A stretch of 63,963 bases of DNA, filler included, from Octopus bimaculoides (GCF_001194135.2; 7 parts of 7 records of this genome joined end to end with filler, not necessarily neighbours in it); one strand, 5' to 3'; counted from the first letter of the whole stretch, positions 13,473 to 26,525 are shown. Numbers and translations: made by a program. The notes: generated from the sequence alone by a model not told the origin.

Positions 13473-14928
13473 NNNNNNNNNNNNNNNNNNNNNNNNNNNN
13501 NNNNNNNNNNNNNNNNNNNNNNNNNNNNNNNNNNNNNNNNNNNNNNNNNNNNNNNNNNNNNNNNNNNNNNNNNNNNNNNNNNNNNNNNNNNNNNNNNNNN
13601 NNNNNNNNNNNNNNNNNNNNNNNNNNNNNNNNNNNNNNNNNNNNNNNNNNNNNNNNNNNNNNNNNNNNNNNNNNNNNNNNNNNNNNNNNNNNNNNNNNNN
13701 NNNNNNNNNNNNNNNNNNNNNNNNNNNNNNNNNNNNNNNNNNNNNNNNNNNNNNNNNNNNNNNNNNNNNNNNNNNNNNNNNNNNNNNNNNNNNNNNNNNN
13801 NNNNNNNNNNNNNNNNNNNNNNNNNNNNNNNNNNNNNNNNNNNNNNNNNNNNNNNNNNNNNNNNNNNNNNNNNNNNNNNNNNNNNNNNNNNGTGTGTGTG
13901 TGTGTGTGTGCACATAATATAAAAACTGAAAAAAAAAATGACAGCGAATAATGAATTGATAAAAAACGTGATGTGGGAAAGCAATGAGATAGAAAAAAAA
14001 AAAAAAGCAGAATGATTCAGATATTTTGTTTTTAAAAATTAACATTGTCGTAAAACGAAATTAAATATAATATTTCCACTAAGAAAGACAGAAAACATTA
14101 AAAAATACATTGAAAATAAAAATTATAAGAAACGCTACTGAAAAAAAGAATTATTATAATATTTATTGTTCCTGTAACTCTAAAATATGAAGCACCTCTA
14201 AAAAAATTATCAATTTTACAAAATTATAAAAATGGTGACTTATTCAGATAAAAATGCGAAAGCAATATACTAAAATTAAATAAATTAAGATGACAATAGT
14301 TAAAATATAAAATTTCAAATGGACATATGTCATACTATAATTTTTAAAAAATGACGGTATCTGTAAAAAATATTTGACAAAAAAAAGTCAGCGAAAGAGA
14401 AAAGAAATATGGCGTCTGTTAAATTAATGGGGGGAAAATAAATTTCCGTTTTATGGCTGCCAATTAAGTGGATTAATGTAAATTGGCTAACACCTTAAAA
14501 ATTTGATGATGACGATAATTTTGGCTGAAGAATAAAAAAATTTATCAAATACTAAATGATGTGTGCAGTTGTTACCAGGGTTTCATTATAGTTTATACCT
14601 GTGTGTTTTTAAGATGCGTGTTTCAGTTCCACGTATTCACTGGATACCGTATCGCTGTGTGGCACCTTGAGTGAGAATAAATTTGCATAGTTTCGGATTA
14701 CAGTATTTTCTGACATACAAGTCGACATTCAAATATCTTTAGTAATTCGGCTGCATTTCACATGGAATTTTTGGTCTGTCAAAATCGTCTTGGTGTATTA
14801 GTCGACCTACATACTTTGGCTCTCAATATTTGACTGAAAAATTCGACTTGTATGTTGGAAATTGCATCAATCCATTGATCGATCCATCAATCCTTCCATA
14901 TCCACAAGCATACACACACACACACACA

Positions 14929-15010
<82 letters not shown>

Positions 15011-15011
<1 letters not shown>

Positions 15012-15170
15012 GACAGGCTTCTTTCAGTTTCCGTCTACCAAATCCACTCACAACGCTTTGTTCAGCCCGTGGCTTTTGTAGAAAACACTTGCCCAAGGTG
15101 CCGCATAGTGGAACTGAACCTGGAACCATGTGGTTGGAAAGCAAACTTCTTACCACACAGCCATACCTGC
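15011..15170 (-). mobile_element. SINE family B body
   Basis: Reverse complement reads gcaggtatggctgtgtggtaagaagtttgctttccaaccacatggttccaggttcagttccactatgcggcaccttgggcaagtg. Confidence 0.88.
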
Positions 15171-15329
15171 GCCAACTTTTTCAACATTGCAAAAGCTTTA
15201 AAGGTTTTGTACGCCAAGTTGGGATGGAACTGGAAGCGTCTTGTGGGAATGTTTCAACTCTAGTACAGAGAAAAGAATATCTAGAAGTTCGGATACTACA
15301 AAGATAACCCATATCGAAGAAAACTTCAA

Positions 15330-16060
15330 TGAATTTCGCAATTCCATTTCGATAAGAAAACCAATAAATTGTTTGTAAAGTTAGCCCAGACGCATTTCAA
15401 AACATGCTAAGTTTTTGCGTAAGTACTCTGAGTTCTTCATAAAAAAAATTATCTATTAATATCTCTTGGATTTGAAGTAGCATAAAAGCTCTCCCTTTCA
15501 CTTTTTAGCGCTTAATTTTGGGAACAATTGTGGAGAAACTGAAATTATGAAGTTTCTTAACCAGTAACCTTAAAGAACATCTTCATTAAAGCAAGCTTAA
15601 TACCAAAAGCTGTGCCCCAGCATGGCTACAACCTTAGGATTGGAAGCGTATAAAACAATAAATATGTTTTCGAATTATCTAAAGCAAATGGTTCAGTATT
15701 ATGTTTTCCAGGAATATATGAAGACCTGATTGGTCGCTTTTTTCATAATGTTCCGCAATAGCAGAATTACCTCTCAGATATAGAAAGTTGCAATGTTATG
15801 TTTGGCGAATCCATCTTGCATGTCCATTAACATAATAATTACTTTACGATCTCCGCAAAGTTTCCATTGGTAATCACATTATTGAATTGCATTAAAAAAA
15901 GATCTCCATGTTAACATGAAATTTGTTTAAATGTATTGAATGAGCAATGAGGACGGACGGTTTTAAATTTCCATTATACAATAATGCAGCTTCCAAACTT
16001 CGTTACGATGAATCTATAAAATGTCATCATTCACTTGTAAAAACTCCATTCTGACATGAC
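15330..16060 (-). pseudogene. decayed DNA transposase, probably CMC superfamily (Chapaev-3-like)
   Basis: Minus-strand translation FIDSS*RSLEAALLYNGNLKPSVLIAHSIHL...NAIQ*CDYQWKLCGDRKVIMLMDMQDGFAK...LFPKLS matches the recalled FIDSSKRSLKAVLLHNGN / WxICGDLK / FPKLS transposase signature. The superfamily name is from memory. Confidence 0.75.
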
Positions 16061-16068
16061 AACAGCGG

Positions 16069-16105
<37 letters not shown>

Positions 16106-16205
16106 NNNNNNNNNNNNNNNNNNNNNNNNNNNNNNNNNNNNNNNNNNNNTTAATTAATTAANNNNNNNNNNNNNNNNNNNNNNNNNNNNNNNNNNNNNNN
16201 NNNNN
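16106..16205. other. artificial 100-bp scaffold join: 44 N + TTAATTAATTAA + 44 N (also centred at 27702, 33060, 58138, 60405 and 62903)
   Basis: Identical 12-mer flanked by N runs at six sites (44 N on the 5' side counted at each); gives stops in all six frames. Confidence 0.95.
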
Positions 16206-16647
16206 TATATATATAAATATATATATATATACACATATATACATTGTACGTTGTACTTTGTAGAATATCACATTGACACTATAAGTAAGGTAATATTTTA
16301 TTCATCTGGAGCTTTGCCAGAAATTACAAGCTCCAGTAGTTCTTTATAAAACTATTGAAGTGAATCCTGACTCACTTGTTCAAAGAATTCCGTATATATT
16401 TTCCTTGGACATTAATGTGTGGAACTGGTAAATTATTGATGCATCAATCTTCACGTGTATATATTTATGTATATCCACATATGTTTGTTTATGTGTGAGC
16501 CTCTCTCTCTCTCTATATATATATATATATGTTTGTGTGTGTGTGTATATCTCTATATATATTTGTGTGTGTGCGTGCGTAGTATACATATATATATACG
16601 TATGTATAGCATAATATATATGTATATTGGTATAACCGGAAGTTATT

Positions 16648-16694
<47 letters not shown>

Positions 16695-18045
16695 NNNNNN
16701 NNNNNNNNNNNNNNNNNNNNNNNNNNNNNNNNNNNNNNNNNNNNNNNNNNNNNNNNNNNNNNNNNNNNNNNNNNNNNNNNNNNNNNNNNNNNNNNNNNNN
16801 NNNNNNNNNNNNNNNNNNNNNNNNNNNNNNNNNNNNNNNNNNNNNNNNNNNNNNNNNNNNNNNNNNNNNNNNNNNNNNNNNNNNNNNNNNNNNNNNNNNN
16901 NNNNNNNNNNNNNNNNNNNNNNNNNNNNNNNNNNNNNNNNNNNNNNNNNNNNNNNNNNNNNNNNNNNNNNNNNNNNNNNNNNNNNNNNNNNNNNNNNNNN
17001 NNNNNNNNNNNNNNNNNNNNNNNNNNNNNNNNNNNNNNNNNNNNNNNNNNNNNNNNNNNNNNNNNNNNNNNNNNNNNNNNNNNNNNNNNNNNNNNNNNNN
17101 NNNNNNNNNNNNNNNNNNNNNNNNNNNNNNNNNNNNNNNNNNNNNNNNNNNNNNNNNNNNNNNNNNNNNNNNNNNNNNNNNNNNNNNNNNNNNNNNNNNN
17201 NNNNNNNNNNNNNNNNNNNNNNNNNNNNNNNNNNNNNNNNNNNNNNNNNNNNNNNNNNNNNNNNNNNNNNNNNNNNNNNNNNNNNNNNNNNNNNNNNNNN
17301 NNNNNNNNNNNNNNNNNNNNNNNNNNNNTATATATATATATATATATATATCATTGATATAAATGAGGATAAGATCAATATTTAAAATATCGATTTTATC
17401 AAGTGGCCAGTATGGGAATAAAGACCATCAAAGGTAATAATTATTTAAAATTATGATTTAGGGTCTCTAAATTGTGGCTTTAGAGTCAAGCTTTGACTGC
17501 TATTTTCAACGTGGTGGTGTCTCTTAGATACCCTAAATTATAATTTCATATATATGCATATATATGTGTGTATACACACACCTCATATGTTTAAATACTA
17601 ATGAATGGACAATGTCACTTAATAATCGTATTATGAATTAATCTTGTAATCTCGTGACAAGCAATATCTTTTTGGGACCTTTCCAGATAAAAATTCAGTT
17701 ATCACCGCATACGCAGTGCCGTAGACTGCATTCCCGCAGGCGGCAACTGAAGCCGCAATGTTTTGAGTTGTCGGCCTTGCTTCTCCAAATAATAAAATAA
17801 GCTAAACATCATATTTTCCTTCACCGCTGTTTGTATTGAAGTTATTTTAGTTTGAACGTATTTGTAAATAACCAAACTTACTTCCAGTTAATTAAAACTC
17901 TGTCTAGCACGGCTTAATAACTAATTTGTTAATTAAAGTCTCGTTATGTTGAGTTGAGTATGTGAGCATTTAAGCAATAACCTGATATGATGTCAATTCG
18001 ATCCGTCAGAAAACGATAAAATTGTTAGTCATTTACATCGTTAGA

Positions 18046-18440
18046 GGCAGTGAGCTGGCAAATTCGTTAGCATGGAACAAAATGGCTAGCAGCATTTCTT
18101 CCTGCTTTTTGCGTTCAGAATTCAAATATCACCAAGGCTGACTGTGTTGATCATCCTCCTTGCTCGATGAAATAAGTACCAGCTGAGAGGTGGGGGTCGA
18201 TGTAATCGACTAGCCCCACCCCGAAATAAGTAATCGACTAGCCCCACCCTGAAATAAGTAATCGACTAGCCCCACCCTGAAATAAGTAATCGACTAGCCC
18301 CACCCTGAAATAAGTAATCGACTAGCCCCACCCTGAAATAAGTACATCGACTAGCCCCACCCTGAAATAAGTAAATCGACTCGCCCCACCCTGAAATAAG
18401 TAGTCGACTAGCCCCACCCTGAAAAAATTCAGGTCTAATG
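18046..18440 (+). mobile_element. SINE family A copy with an internal tandem amplification
   Basis: ggcagtgagctggcaaattcgttagca...gaattcaaatatcaccaaggctgac...aataagtaccag. Confidence 0.8.
18203..18424. repeat. 28-bp tandem repeat (taatcgactagccccaccctgaaataag) x about 8
   Basis: Units start at 18203, 18231, 18259, 18287, 18315, 18343, 18372 and 18401; no spacers. Confidence 0.95.
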
Positions 18441-19719
18441 TTTTTAGTAGAAAGAATTATTCATATTTTTAAAAGCGATGAAATGACGGAATCTTTAGTG
18501 CATCGGACAAAATGCTTATCGGTTTAATCAACGTCCCCGTCTCCAAGGAATTTCTTGCCTTCTATAAAATTACGAAAGAATTATTTACATCGTTTTACTA
18601 AACTTCATTATATTTCTTGAAAAATTACATTTAATCATTAGCTATTTATCATCTTTCAATCTTTGTTTATTAATCAACATCTCTTCGCCATCATTATCTT
18701 TAGTTTACAGGCAAAATGTCGTGGACGCAGTAAAACCGCTGGTGAAACAAAAATGCAGCTTCCTTCCGATTCTCGCTCCGTGATAAATATTTAGGATCGT
18801 CATCTTCGTAATTGCTATCGTCGTCGTCTTCGCCTTCATCGTTATCCTCACGTTCATCACAAGAATACATTTTATTATTATATTTATATATATTTATATT
18901 TATTTATATTTATATGATATAATTTATTACATTCAGTCACAGTCACGTTTCCTTCGATGATTTTATTTTAATTTATTTGTTTAAGATGGACGTCTTTAAT
19001 TGGCAACGCTAAAGTCCAATACTCTCGAGACAACAAAAGATTCGATGTATTAGTTTCTTTTATGATCATTAGATTACACAACTAAATTAGATTTCGAAAT
19101 TCTTGAGTACTAATCAAAAATATTTTGAAATTAATTGGCTACCAAATCATGTGAACCACAGGACACAACCATAGATATTTATGATGGTATAAGTCGAAGC
19201 TCGTATTAGAATTCGCTTTCATAAACAGTAAGAATACACTATCTCTAGATTCCGTTTAAACAGAAAACAAAACAAAAAAAATGTGAAAAATCACTGACGT
19301 GCAAAAATATTTTCTGACGAGTACATTTTCAAGAAACCCATTGTTTGAAGTATTTGGTTTCGTGATTTAACAATTTGGTTACATATTTGTTAATCGCTAT
19401 ATTCAAAATTGCTACAATTTTATTCTAGCTTCGGTTGTAGAAAATATGTAAAGAAATATATTCAGTACTCAATTATTTTGTCCGAAATATTGTATAGAAA
19501 GTGCAGCTATCAATGTTAGAAAGTCAGTTTGTTTTCATTGATTTTGCTACCAATTTATATGTATCATGAGATTATTGTATTTAGATTTTCTTGTTTAAAT
19601 TTTATTCTGATGTTTTATTGATCAAAGTATTTATATTTCTGCGTGATCAAGTTTATAATTGGTTGTTAAAATAATGTATGCATTTATAAAAGTTCACATT
19701 TACGATATATAGATAAGGA

Positions 19720-20600
19720 ACAAAACTAATGAACCACTGCACAAATTTAAAAAGCAATTTAACAGAATAGGATTTGGATTACCTAATTACTTTTTAAGTA
19801 AAAGCAAGTAACTTTTACGGATTACCGAAAATTCATAAACCTAAACAAATCCGTAACAGTTTAAAGGACCTCCTTACAGTATATACAATCAGTCTCAAAC
19901 CGCCCTATTTAAAATTACACCCGATTGCGACAGGAATATAAGGCACCCAATGATTAATCAATTTACCAGATATAAGACTGAAACCATTTTGTAAAGTGGT
20001 TCCTTGTTTCATCGAAGATAATCTGGACTTACTAAATCCCATTCCAGAAAGGGTAAATATTTGAAGGATATTTACATGATCAACCTCCACACAAATATCT
20101 CCTACGAATTAGGATTGGGAACAATAGAATTCCGGATAGACAAAAACTAACACAATTCAGGACAGATTCCCAGAAGAATTTATACTAGAAATATTAGAAT
20201 TGGTGCTAGAAAACAACAAATATTTGTTTGATAGCGTTCAAATTTAAAGGAAAGTAATAGACACGTTAGTTGACCCTACATTTGCAACACCTGTGATATG
20301 ATTCCTTAAAGAAAAAAAATCTAACATCCATCAGGGTTAATTTTGATGACATCTCTACTTGTTTTTTAAACACAAGCGTCAAAGATTTCAGGATGACTCT
20401 TTCATATTACGGAAGTGAACTGAAAGTACATTTCTCCTTTGGTCGTCTTAGTAGAAGATGTGGAGGTCTCGTATAACAATTTGCGTATGATTCTGATGGA
20501 ACCCACATTTAAGTATGTCACAGGGTACATTTAGAAAACAAGATCTGGATTATATCAGACTACTAAATTGGTAACTGCCTGGATTCCAAACACCTATTCC
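19720..20600 (+). pseudogene. decayed Penelope-like retroelement reverse transcriptase
   Basis: FYGLPKIHK at 19813-19839, then LKLHPIATG...LKPF...IEDNLDLLN, INLHTNISYELGL, FILEILELVLENNKYLFD, and NFDDI near 20340; PLE RT signature with many stops. Confidence 0.85.
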
Positions 20601-21421
20601 TTCACGTTATGTACATATGTATGTGTGCGTGCGCGTGCGTGTGTGAGTGCGTGTGTGAGTGCGTGTGTGCCTGCGCGTGCGAGCGAGTGTATGTGTTCAT
20701 GTGTATGTGTGTGCGCGCGCGACGCGCGTATGCGTGTATGAATTTTATCTTCTCTTTGGTCAACGAATTTCAGAATTTTAAGCTGAAAATCAATGGTATC
20801 GATCTCCCTGATCTAAAAGGGTCGCTCCTTGTGTATTTATCCATCCCTCACATCCTCCAGCTATTCACTTGTATTTCATGTAACTTTTTAGCATATTTAA
20901 CAGGAATATTTCGAAGCGAAATGTTAAGAATATTCGGGCAAATGTAATATAGCATCTGTTTAGCTTTTACTCTAGTTTAAAACGAGTCGATATTTCTAAT
21001 GAAACATTGTATTCTTCTCCTTCATCAACATCACTTCGAATTGAAGTGTTTTTAGGCGTGACTAATAAATGCTAGGTTATAGTTATCAGCCCAGGTAATT
21101 ATCTCTCATAACATGAGTTAAAATATGAGCGCATAAGGAGAGAGTCCCATCGGAATTAATTGATTCATACAGTGTGATGTGTGTCTTCAGTGAAGCTATA
21201 TATATTACTTTATGCTAGAGAAGTTACGGATGTCATCTAAATCTTCAATGACATTCAAGAGAAATGTGGTCATGGGAAATAATTATTTTTACAAATAAAA
21301 CAAGGCCAGTTTCAATTCCCAGCGAATGCTAATTTATTTTCCTTCGGTGTTAACAATGTTAAAAATGTATAAACCTCATGAAACTCATTATATAATTCGT
21401 TGTATTTAAAATAGTAAAAAT

Positions 21422-21798
21422 AAGATCACTCAGAGAGCGCAAACCTCCGCCAAGGCAACACCAACATCCTCTCAATGATTAGCCAGAGATGATTTTTAAA
21501 ATGAGAATATCTGAAATAAACTCGACTGCTCTCACAAACGAGAATACTAAATATGAACCCGACCACTCTCAAAAATTAAGTAAAAAAAAAAACGGAAACA
21601 ATAATAGAAAACCCTTCTCCGGTACCGGATCGATCCCAAAATCTAATCATTTTGTGCTAGTCATTAGGTCAAACATCCCTGAAAGTTTCTTTCGAATCCA
21701 TCCAACGGTTCTTGAGATATCTTGTCCACGGACAAACAACCAAACAAACACACACGACTGAAAAGCAATACCTCCGCCTTCGCTAAGATGAAGGTAAT
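21422..21798 (-). mobile_element. Helentron-type non-autonomous element (HINE / DINE-1-like)
   Basis: Minus strand shows a 5' sub-TIR attaccttcatc with a nearby inverted ggcggaggtat, a (GTTT/GT) microsatellite, a core atatctcaagaaccgttggatggattcgaaagaaacttt, a 3' sub-TIR ggcggaggttt and a short hairpin gcgctc-tct-gagtga, in T-rich flanks. Confidence 0.7.
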
Positions 21799-24198
21799 AA
21801 TATTGTTGTTGTCTTCGATTTTGTTTAATTTCATGTCGGACATGAGCAATCTTATGAGTAAAGACTTTCCACCGGTGACCACCACGTTATTCTTTCATAT
21901 ACGACGTATTTAATAAATAAATATTTATGCTCAACACTGCGTAAACGAAAGAACTTAAGATAAATTTAAAGTAATTAGACCATTTTTATGTATTCCCTTT
22001 GAAAGTCTAAACAGATGTCAACACCTTGTTATCTTTTTCGCACATAGAACAATAAAGAAACTTGTCTGATAGGTTACATGATTGGTTGATTGATTATTCA
22101 TCAGAGGACAAGTAAACCTTCGCCTCGTTCCCACGAGGATAATTCAAACTGCTGATTACATAAATTAAATTTAGTTTCGGTACTCTGAAAATATGTAGGC
22201 TAGTGCATATACGCTTATCAATGATATGATTTTGCCGCCAACGACTGAAAAATAAACAAATTATTTTAGGTATTAAAGTTAAAGCTTTGTTTGTCTTCAA
22301 TTTAAACAATGATTTCTATAAGTTCTCTTTGCTTTCAGAAGTTCGAGGGATACAGAAGGCTACATGACCAACTATGAAACCTAGGCAGATAATCTCCTTT
22401 ATCCTTCTTTTTTAAAGTTCCACGGTGAAAAGTCCGGCATTTTGGAAAAAGCTTTCATGAAGTTTTGTATATTGTGTTTCATTAACTGACGCATCACTAA
22501 TCAAATGTTCTTAAAACTATAGTCTCCGTTACGAGAAATTTAACCTTCAAATATGACTCTATACTGGGGAATTATAAATCCAAACATCTCAATATGTTTT
22601 GTAAAAGTTCCTTGCACAAAAGCAATAAATTTACAGTTACTATCGATTCATTGTTATAATTTTCTGGGGTTATGAATTGTTTGCGTAAAATATTTATTTG
22701 AGAAATGCGTTTTGCTAAAGATATTCATAATTTTATTTAATTTACATTTAACGTAAGCCACAGATGGTAGTCGCATATCTTAGGTGTCTTGTACTGAAGT
22801 AAAAAGGTGTGAATTTATGGAAGAACACAATCTTGTCTCTTGTGTTTTTTATATCTAATAGCGGATTTCATTTTAAAATTCTGAGGAAATTTTATGGACA
22901 ACAAAAATCGGCTACAGATATATTTTGTAATGGGCATTGCAGAGATCGACGTTGGGTTTCTTAATAGCGCAATTGTCTTACGGTATATTCTAATTAATGA
23001 ATAATGAAAATCTACATATATCTACAAAAAAGCTAGTTAATCTTAGATTTTATTAAACAAAATTAAAATATTTAGAGTCGACAAGTTCTTAATTTTACAA
23101 ATAAATCATGTACTATCCGAATCATTGATGTTCAATAGAAATTATATATTTAAAAAGAAACATGACTTGCCATAAAGTATTCTAATATGCTATTCAAATG
23201 ATGAGATCACAAAAATGGAATTCTTCTGAAGCAAGACAAAGTGTCACATCGCATTACAAAATAGTATCTTTCTAAAATGCATTTATGAATATCCAATGCA
23301 TGTTCTGGGGAGGTTAATTAGAATTGGTTATTCATAATTGTTAAACAGCCAAAAGACATTACTTCGATTTAAGATTTCACATCATTGCTGCTCGCGTTGA
23401 TCGTCAACTTCCCAAGTGGTAGAAAGAAACACGCATCTTCGATCAATCTGTCGACGTGATACTGCGTGTCTTTGACAGTAGCTGAGTCACCTGAAGAAAA
23501 TACGTGTTGAAAATCTCTCTAGCATGTAGAATAGTACAGACACTACACTCACTTTCCGAACTGAGGAGGTCGGTAATGTTTTCCCCCCAAACTCCGTTAA
23601 CACACGCATGCACACAGATTATAGATATATTTTTATATAAACCAATACGCAAATTTCAGGCAAATCCCTTTTCTTATTTTCATGCTAGTATGTATCTTGT
23701 AATGTTTCTAGATGCAAAACTTCAACGAAGTACTTACATAAGTATGCATCTATTATATATATATATATATATATATTTAGATTTAGATTCAAAATTGAAT
23801 ATGGTACTTATGTTTAGGCACCAGAATATAGTATGGTATTATCAAAAAACCATTCTAAAAGCAAGGTGATCAAAAAATCAAAAAAAGCAACACGGATTTT
23901 AAAGATGACTGCAGTACGCACGTTTCATGCTACTCCATTTATTTAAGTAACGCAAGCATTACATTAAATGCAATATGTAGAGCTATCTTCAGCTGCACAA
24001 AAATGTAGAAAATTACAGTAGAATAGACATATTATAATTGTGGCAACATTTAAAATCCAAGTGGGAAGAAGAATACATAAAAATGCATCTTGACATAGCC
24101 AAGGCTATACTCATGTATATTGTGAAATATGCTATAATCTACCATGTACACGAGTTTCATTAACATTGAGATAGCAAAACCCCAAAGCATTGAGGTGG

Positions 24199-24223
24199 CC
24201 TAATACTTTTGGGCAAGGCTGTA
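24199..24223 (-). mobile_element. solitary Tc1/mariner-like terminal inverted repeat followed by TA
   Basis: Reverse complement TA-CAGCCTTGCCCAAAAGTATTAGG resembles Tc1-family ends; partner TIR not found. Confidence 0.35.
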
Positions 24224-24227
24224 TATA

Positions 24228-24380
24228 CACGACTGAATTCTTTCAGTTTCCGTCTACCAAATCCACTCAAAAGTGTTTGGTTGGGCTGAGGCTAAAGAAA
24301 ACACTTGCACAAGTTACTACGCAGTGGGACTGAGCCCGGAACCATGTAGTTGGGAAGCAAATTTCTTACGACACAGCCAC
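24228..24380 (-). mobile_element. SINE family B body
   Basis: tttcagtttccgtctaccaaatccactc...gcagtgggactgagcccggaaccatgtagttgggaagc...cacagccacgc. Confidence 0.85.
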
Positions 24381-24464
24381 GCTTTGGAACACAAAACAAC
24401 CAAACCATAGGAATTTCTCTCACGAACCAATAGTCACTTCGTGATTCAGTTGATGAGATTTTCA

Positions 24465-24524
24465 GATCTAGAAGGTTATCAATGGATCTAGAAGGTTATC
24501 AATGGGTCTAGAAGGTTATCAATG
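24465..24524. repeat. 20-bp tandem repeat gatctagaaggttatcaatg x3
   Basis: Direct reading; one substitution in the third copy. Confidence 0.95.
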
Positions 24525-24892
24525 TTTTATGAACGCTTTATTGCACAGAGAACGCAGTGACAAGTTATTGCAATGTTCTATTTGTTCTCAATTCATGCAC
24601 CTGATTTTAACATCACCGCGTTAGTTGCTATGGAGCAGTTTGATTGTCCATTAACATTATGTACATAAAATCATTATTTTTTTGAAAAAAAAAATGGTAT
24701 TTTTAATCAATTAATTAATTGATAAATTAATTAACAGAAAATTTATGATTAACAAATAATTGCTTCGAATAAATTAGCGCAGCTAAGACAGCTGAAATCC
24801 CAAACGTAACTACCAACATATATATCCTTAATTAAAACCACATATGTAACATTTATACCACTTTAATTAAGACGAGCCTGTTGATAACTGAA

Positions 24893-25160
24893 TGTTGTGG
24901 TTCTCAATCGGGGTCAATATGTCCCTTGGGGATCCATAAATGTGTTTTATTAAAATTTATGAGCAGTAGATTGCTTATACTCTTTCAATACTCCAAGTAT
25001 TTTAACAAATTTTAAAAATACAGTTCCTAATATCATTTAATAATAATACTGTAATAGTCTCTTTCAGACATCATCGAATGGCTATGAAGGGTCCACCATA
25101 GTAGAATAAGAAACAAAGGGGTCGATAAATAAAAAAAATGGTTGGGACACAGACTTAAAG
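24893..25160. mobile_element. degenerate hAT-type MITE
   Basis: Ends tgtggttctcaa... and ...aaaatggttgggacacag resemble eroded CAGTGGTTCTCAA TIRs; internal ggggtcc motifs as in the 51.6 kb MITE; no clear TSD. Confidence 0.4.
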
Positions 25161-25261
25161 CTTTGTGTTTTCTTGAACATTAGGAGTTATAATCCGATTA
25201 CCTGATTTTCGTCGTGTATAAATGGCACAGAACCCAACAGTACATCTGGTCAAGACGTCAC

Positions 25262-25442
25262 TTCCGGGCAGGATCTAAAGGCCAGCAATTTTATGTGGGG
25301 AGACAAGTCGATTGCATCGACTCCAGTATTTGACCTGTACTTTATTTTGTGCACCCAGAAAAGATGCATGGAAAAGTCGGCTTCAACAGAATTCAAATTC
25401 ACAATGTTAAAACACGGAAGAAACGCTGCTGAGCCTTTTGTC
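25262..25442 (-). mobile_element. decayed SINE family A
   Basis: gtcgattgcatcgactccagtatttgacctgtac...aaagtcggcttcaacagaattcaaattc. Confidence 0.7.
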
Positions 25443-26324
25443 CGGAATCCTAACAATTTTTCCGATTTACAGCTTTACTGTAATTAATATCACATGTTGG
25501 CCTCAACAAGATTTGAATTCAGAAAGTTAACACCCGCAAGAAATATCACTTAGCATTTTGTTCGACGGGTTAATCATTCTGCCAGCTCACTGAGTTATAA
25601 TTTAACTATAATTAACACTGCATGTGTAACATTTATGACTCCTTAATTAAAACAAATCATTTGATGATTTAAAGCTTATAGGTTTACAGACATCTAATTT
25701 CAAATTTATTTGCTAATTTTAACAAGTAATATCTCTAACTCAAAGATATACAACTGTTAAGATTAAAAGATACGATTGCCTATATAGCTAATATGCAAAG
25801 CACAGCAATATGTTACATAACATAAAAACAATACAAAAGATCACACATCAGCTGGCAAGAAAATTTCCAGAAAAATAAGAAAAAGCTTTTTGAAGTACTT
25901 CAATTCATGAGACGATAAAAAAATTAGTCAATGCTACTGCTCTATATCGCTATGGCAGTACCTTAAGATATGCCAGTTACAATGAAATGATCGAACGTGA
26001 AATCAAGGCGAAAAAAGGAGTTTAATCCGATTAAATCCACTAAGGGAAGAAAGAAAGGTGATGCATTGTGATAAGCTACATAAAACTGCACAAGGATCAC
26101 TACCCTGCAACGACAGAAACGTGTGTACACGTATATAGGAATACGCAGGCATACACGGAGATATTAAGAAGGATATACATGCAAACATAAGAAAGGGTTA
26201 GGTATGTATGAAGCATGTATCTGTATGAGTGCGTGTGTGTATATATAATATATAACATATAAATGTACATGTATCTATGAATTTCTCTATCTACCTATGT
26301 ATGTATGTATGTATGTATGCATGT

Positions 26325-26389
<65 letters not shown>

Positions 26390-26391
<2 letters not shown>

Positions 26392-26525
26392 CAGTTCAGG
26401 TAAAGACCTGATAGAATAAGTACTAGGCTCACAAACAATAAGTCCTGGGATTGGTTTGCTCGACTAAAGGCGGTGTTCCAGCATGGCCGCAGTCAAATGA
26501 CTGAAACAAACAAATAAAAGATTAT
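26390..26525 (+). mobile_element. SINE family B tail
   Basis: gatagaataagtactaggctcacaaacaataagtcctggg...ggcggtgttccagcatggccgcagtcaaatgactgaaac. Confidence 0.85.

Noticed and set aside
13100-14560. Long foldback element (T-rich left arm, A-rich right arm around a gap)
   Set aside because: Only a short degenerate match (atgtcggaagcaatg versus atgtgggaaagcaatg) was found; the rest is compositional skew, and contig orientation across the gap is uncertain.
16150-16161. TTAATTAATTAA recurring six times, which looks like a conserved palindromic element or homeodomain site
   Set aside because: Always embedded in N runs making a 100-bp block; an artificial scaffolding spacer, not biology.
18203-18424. 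CRISPR-like 28-bp direct repeats
   Set aside because: No unique spacers, no cas genes, eukaryotic context; the unit derives from the surrounding SINE.
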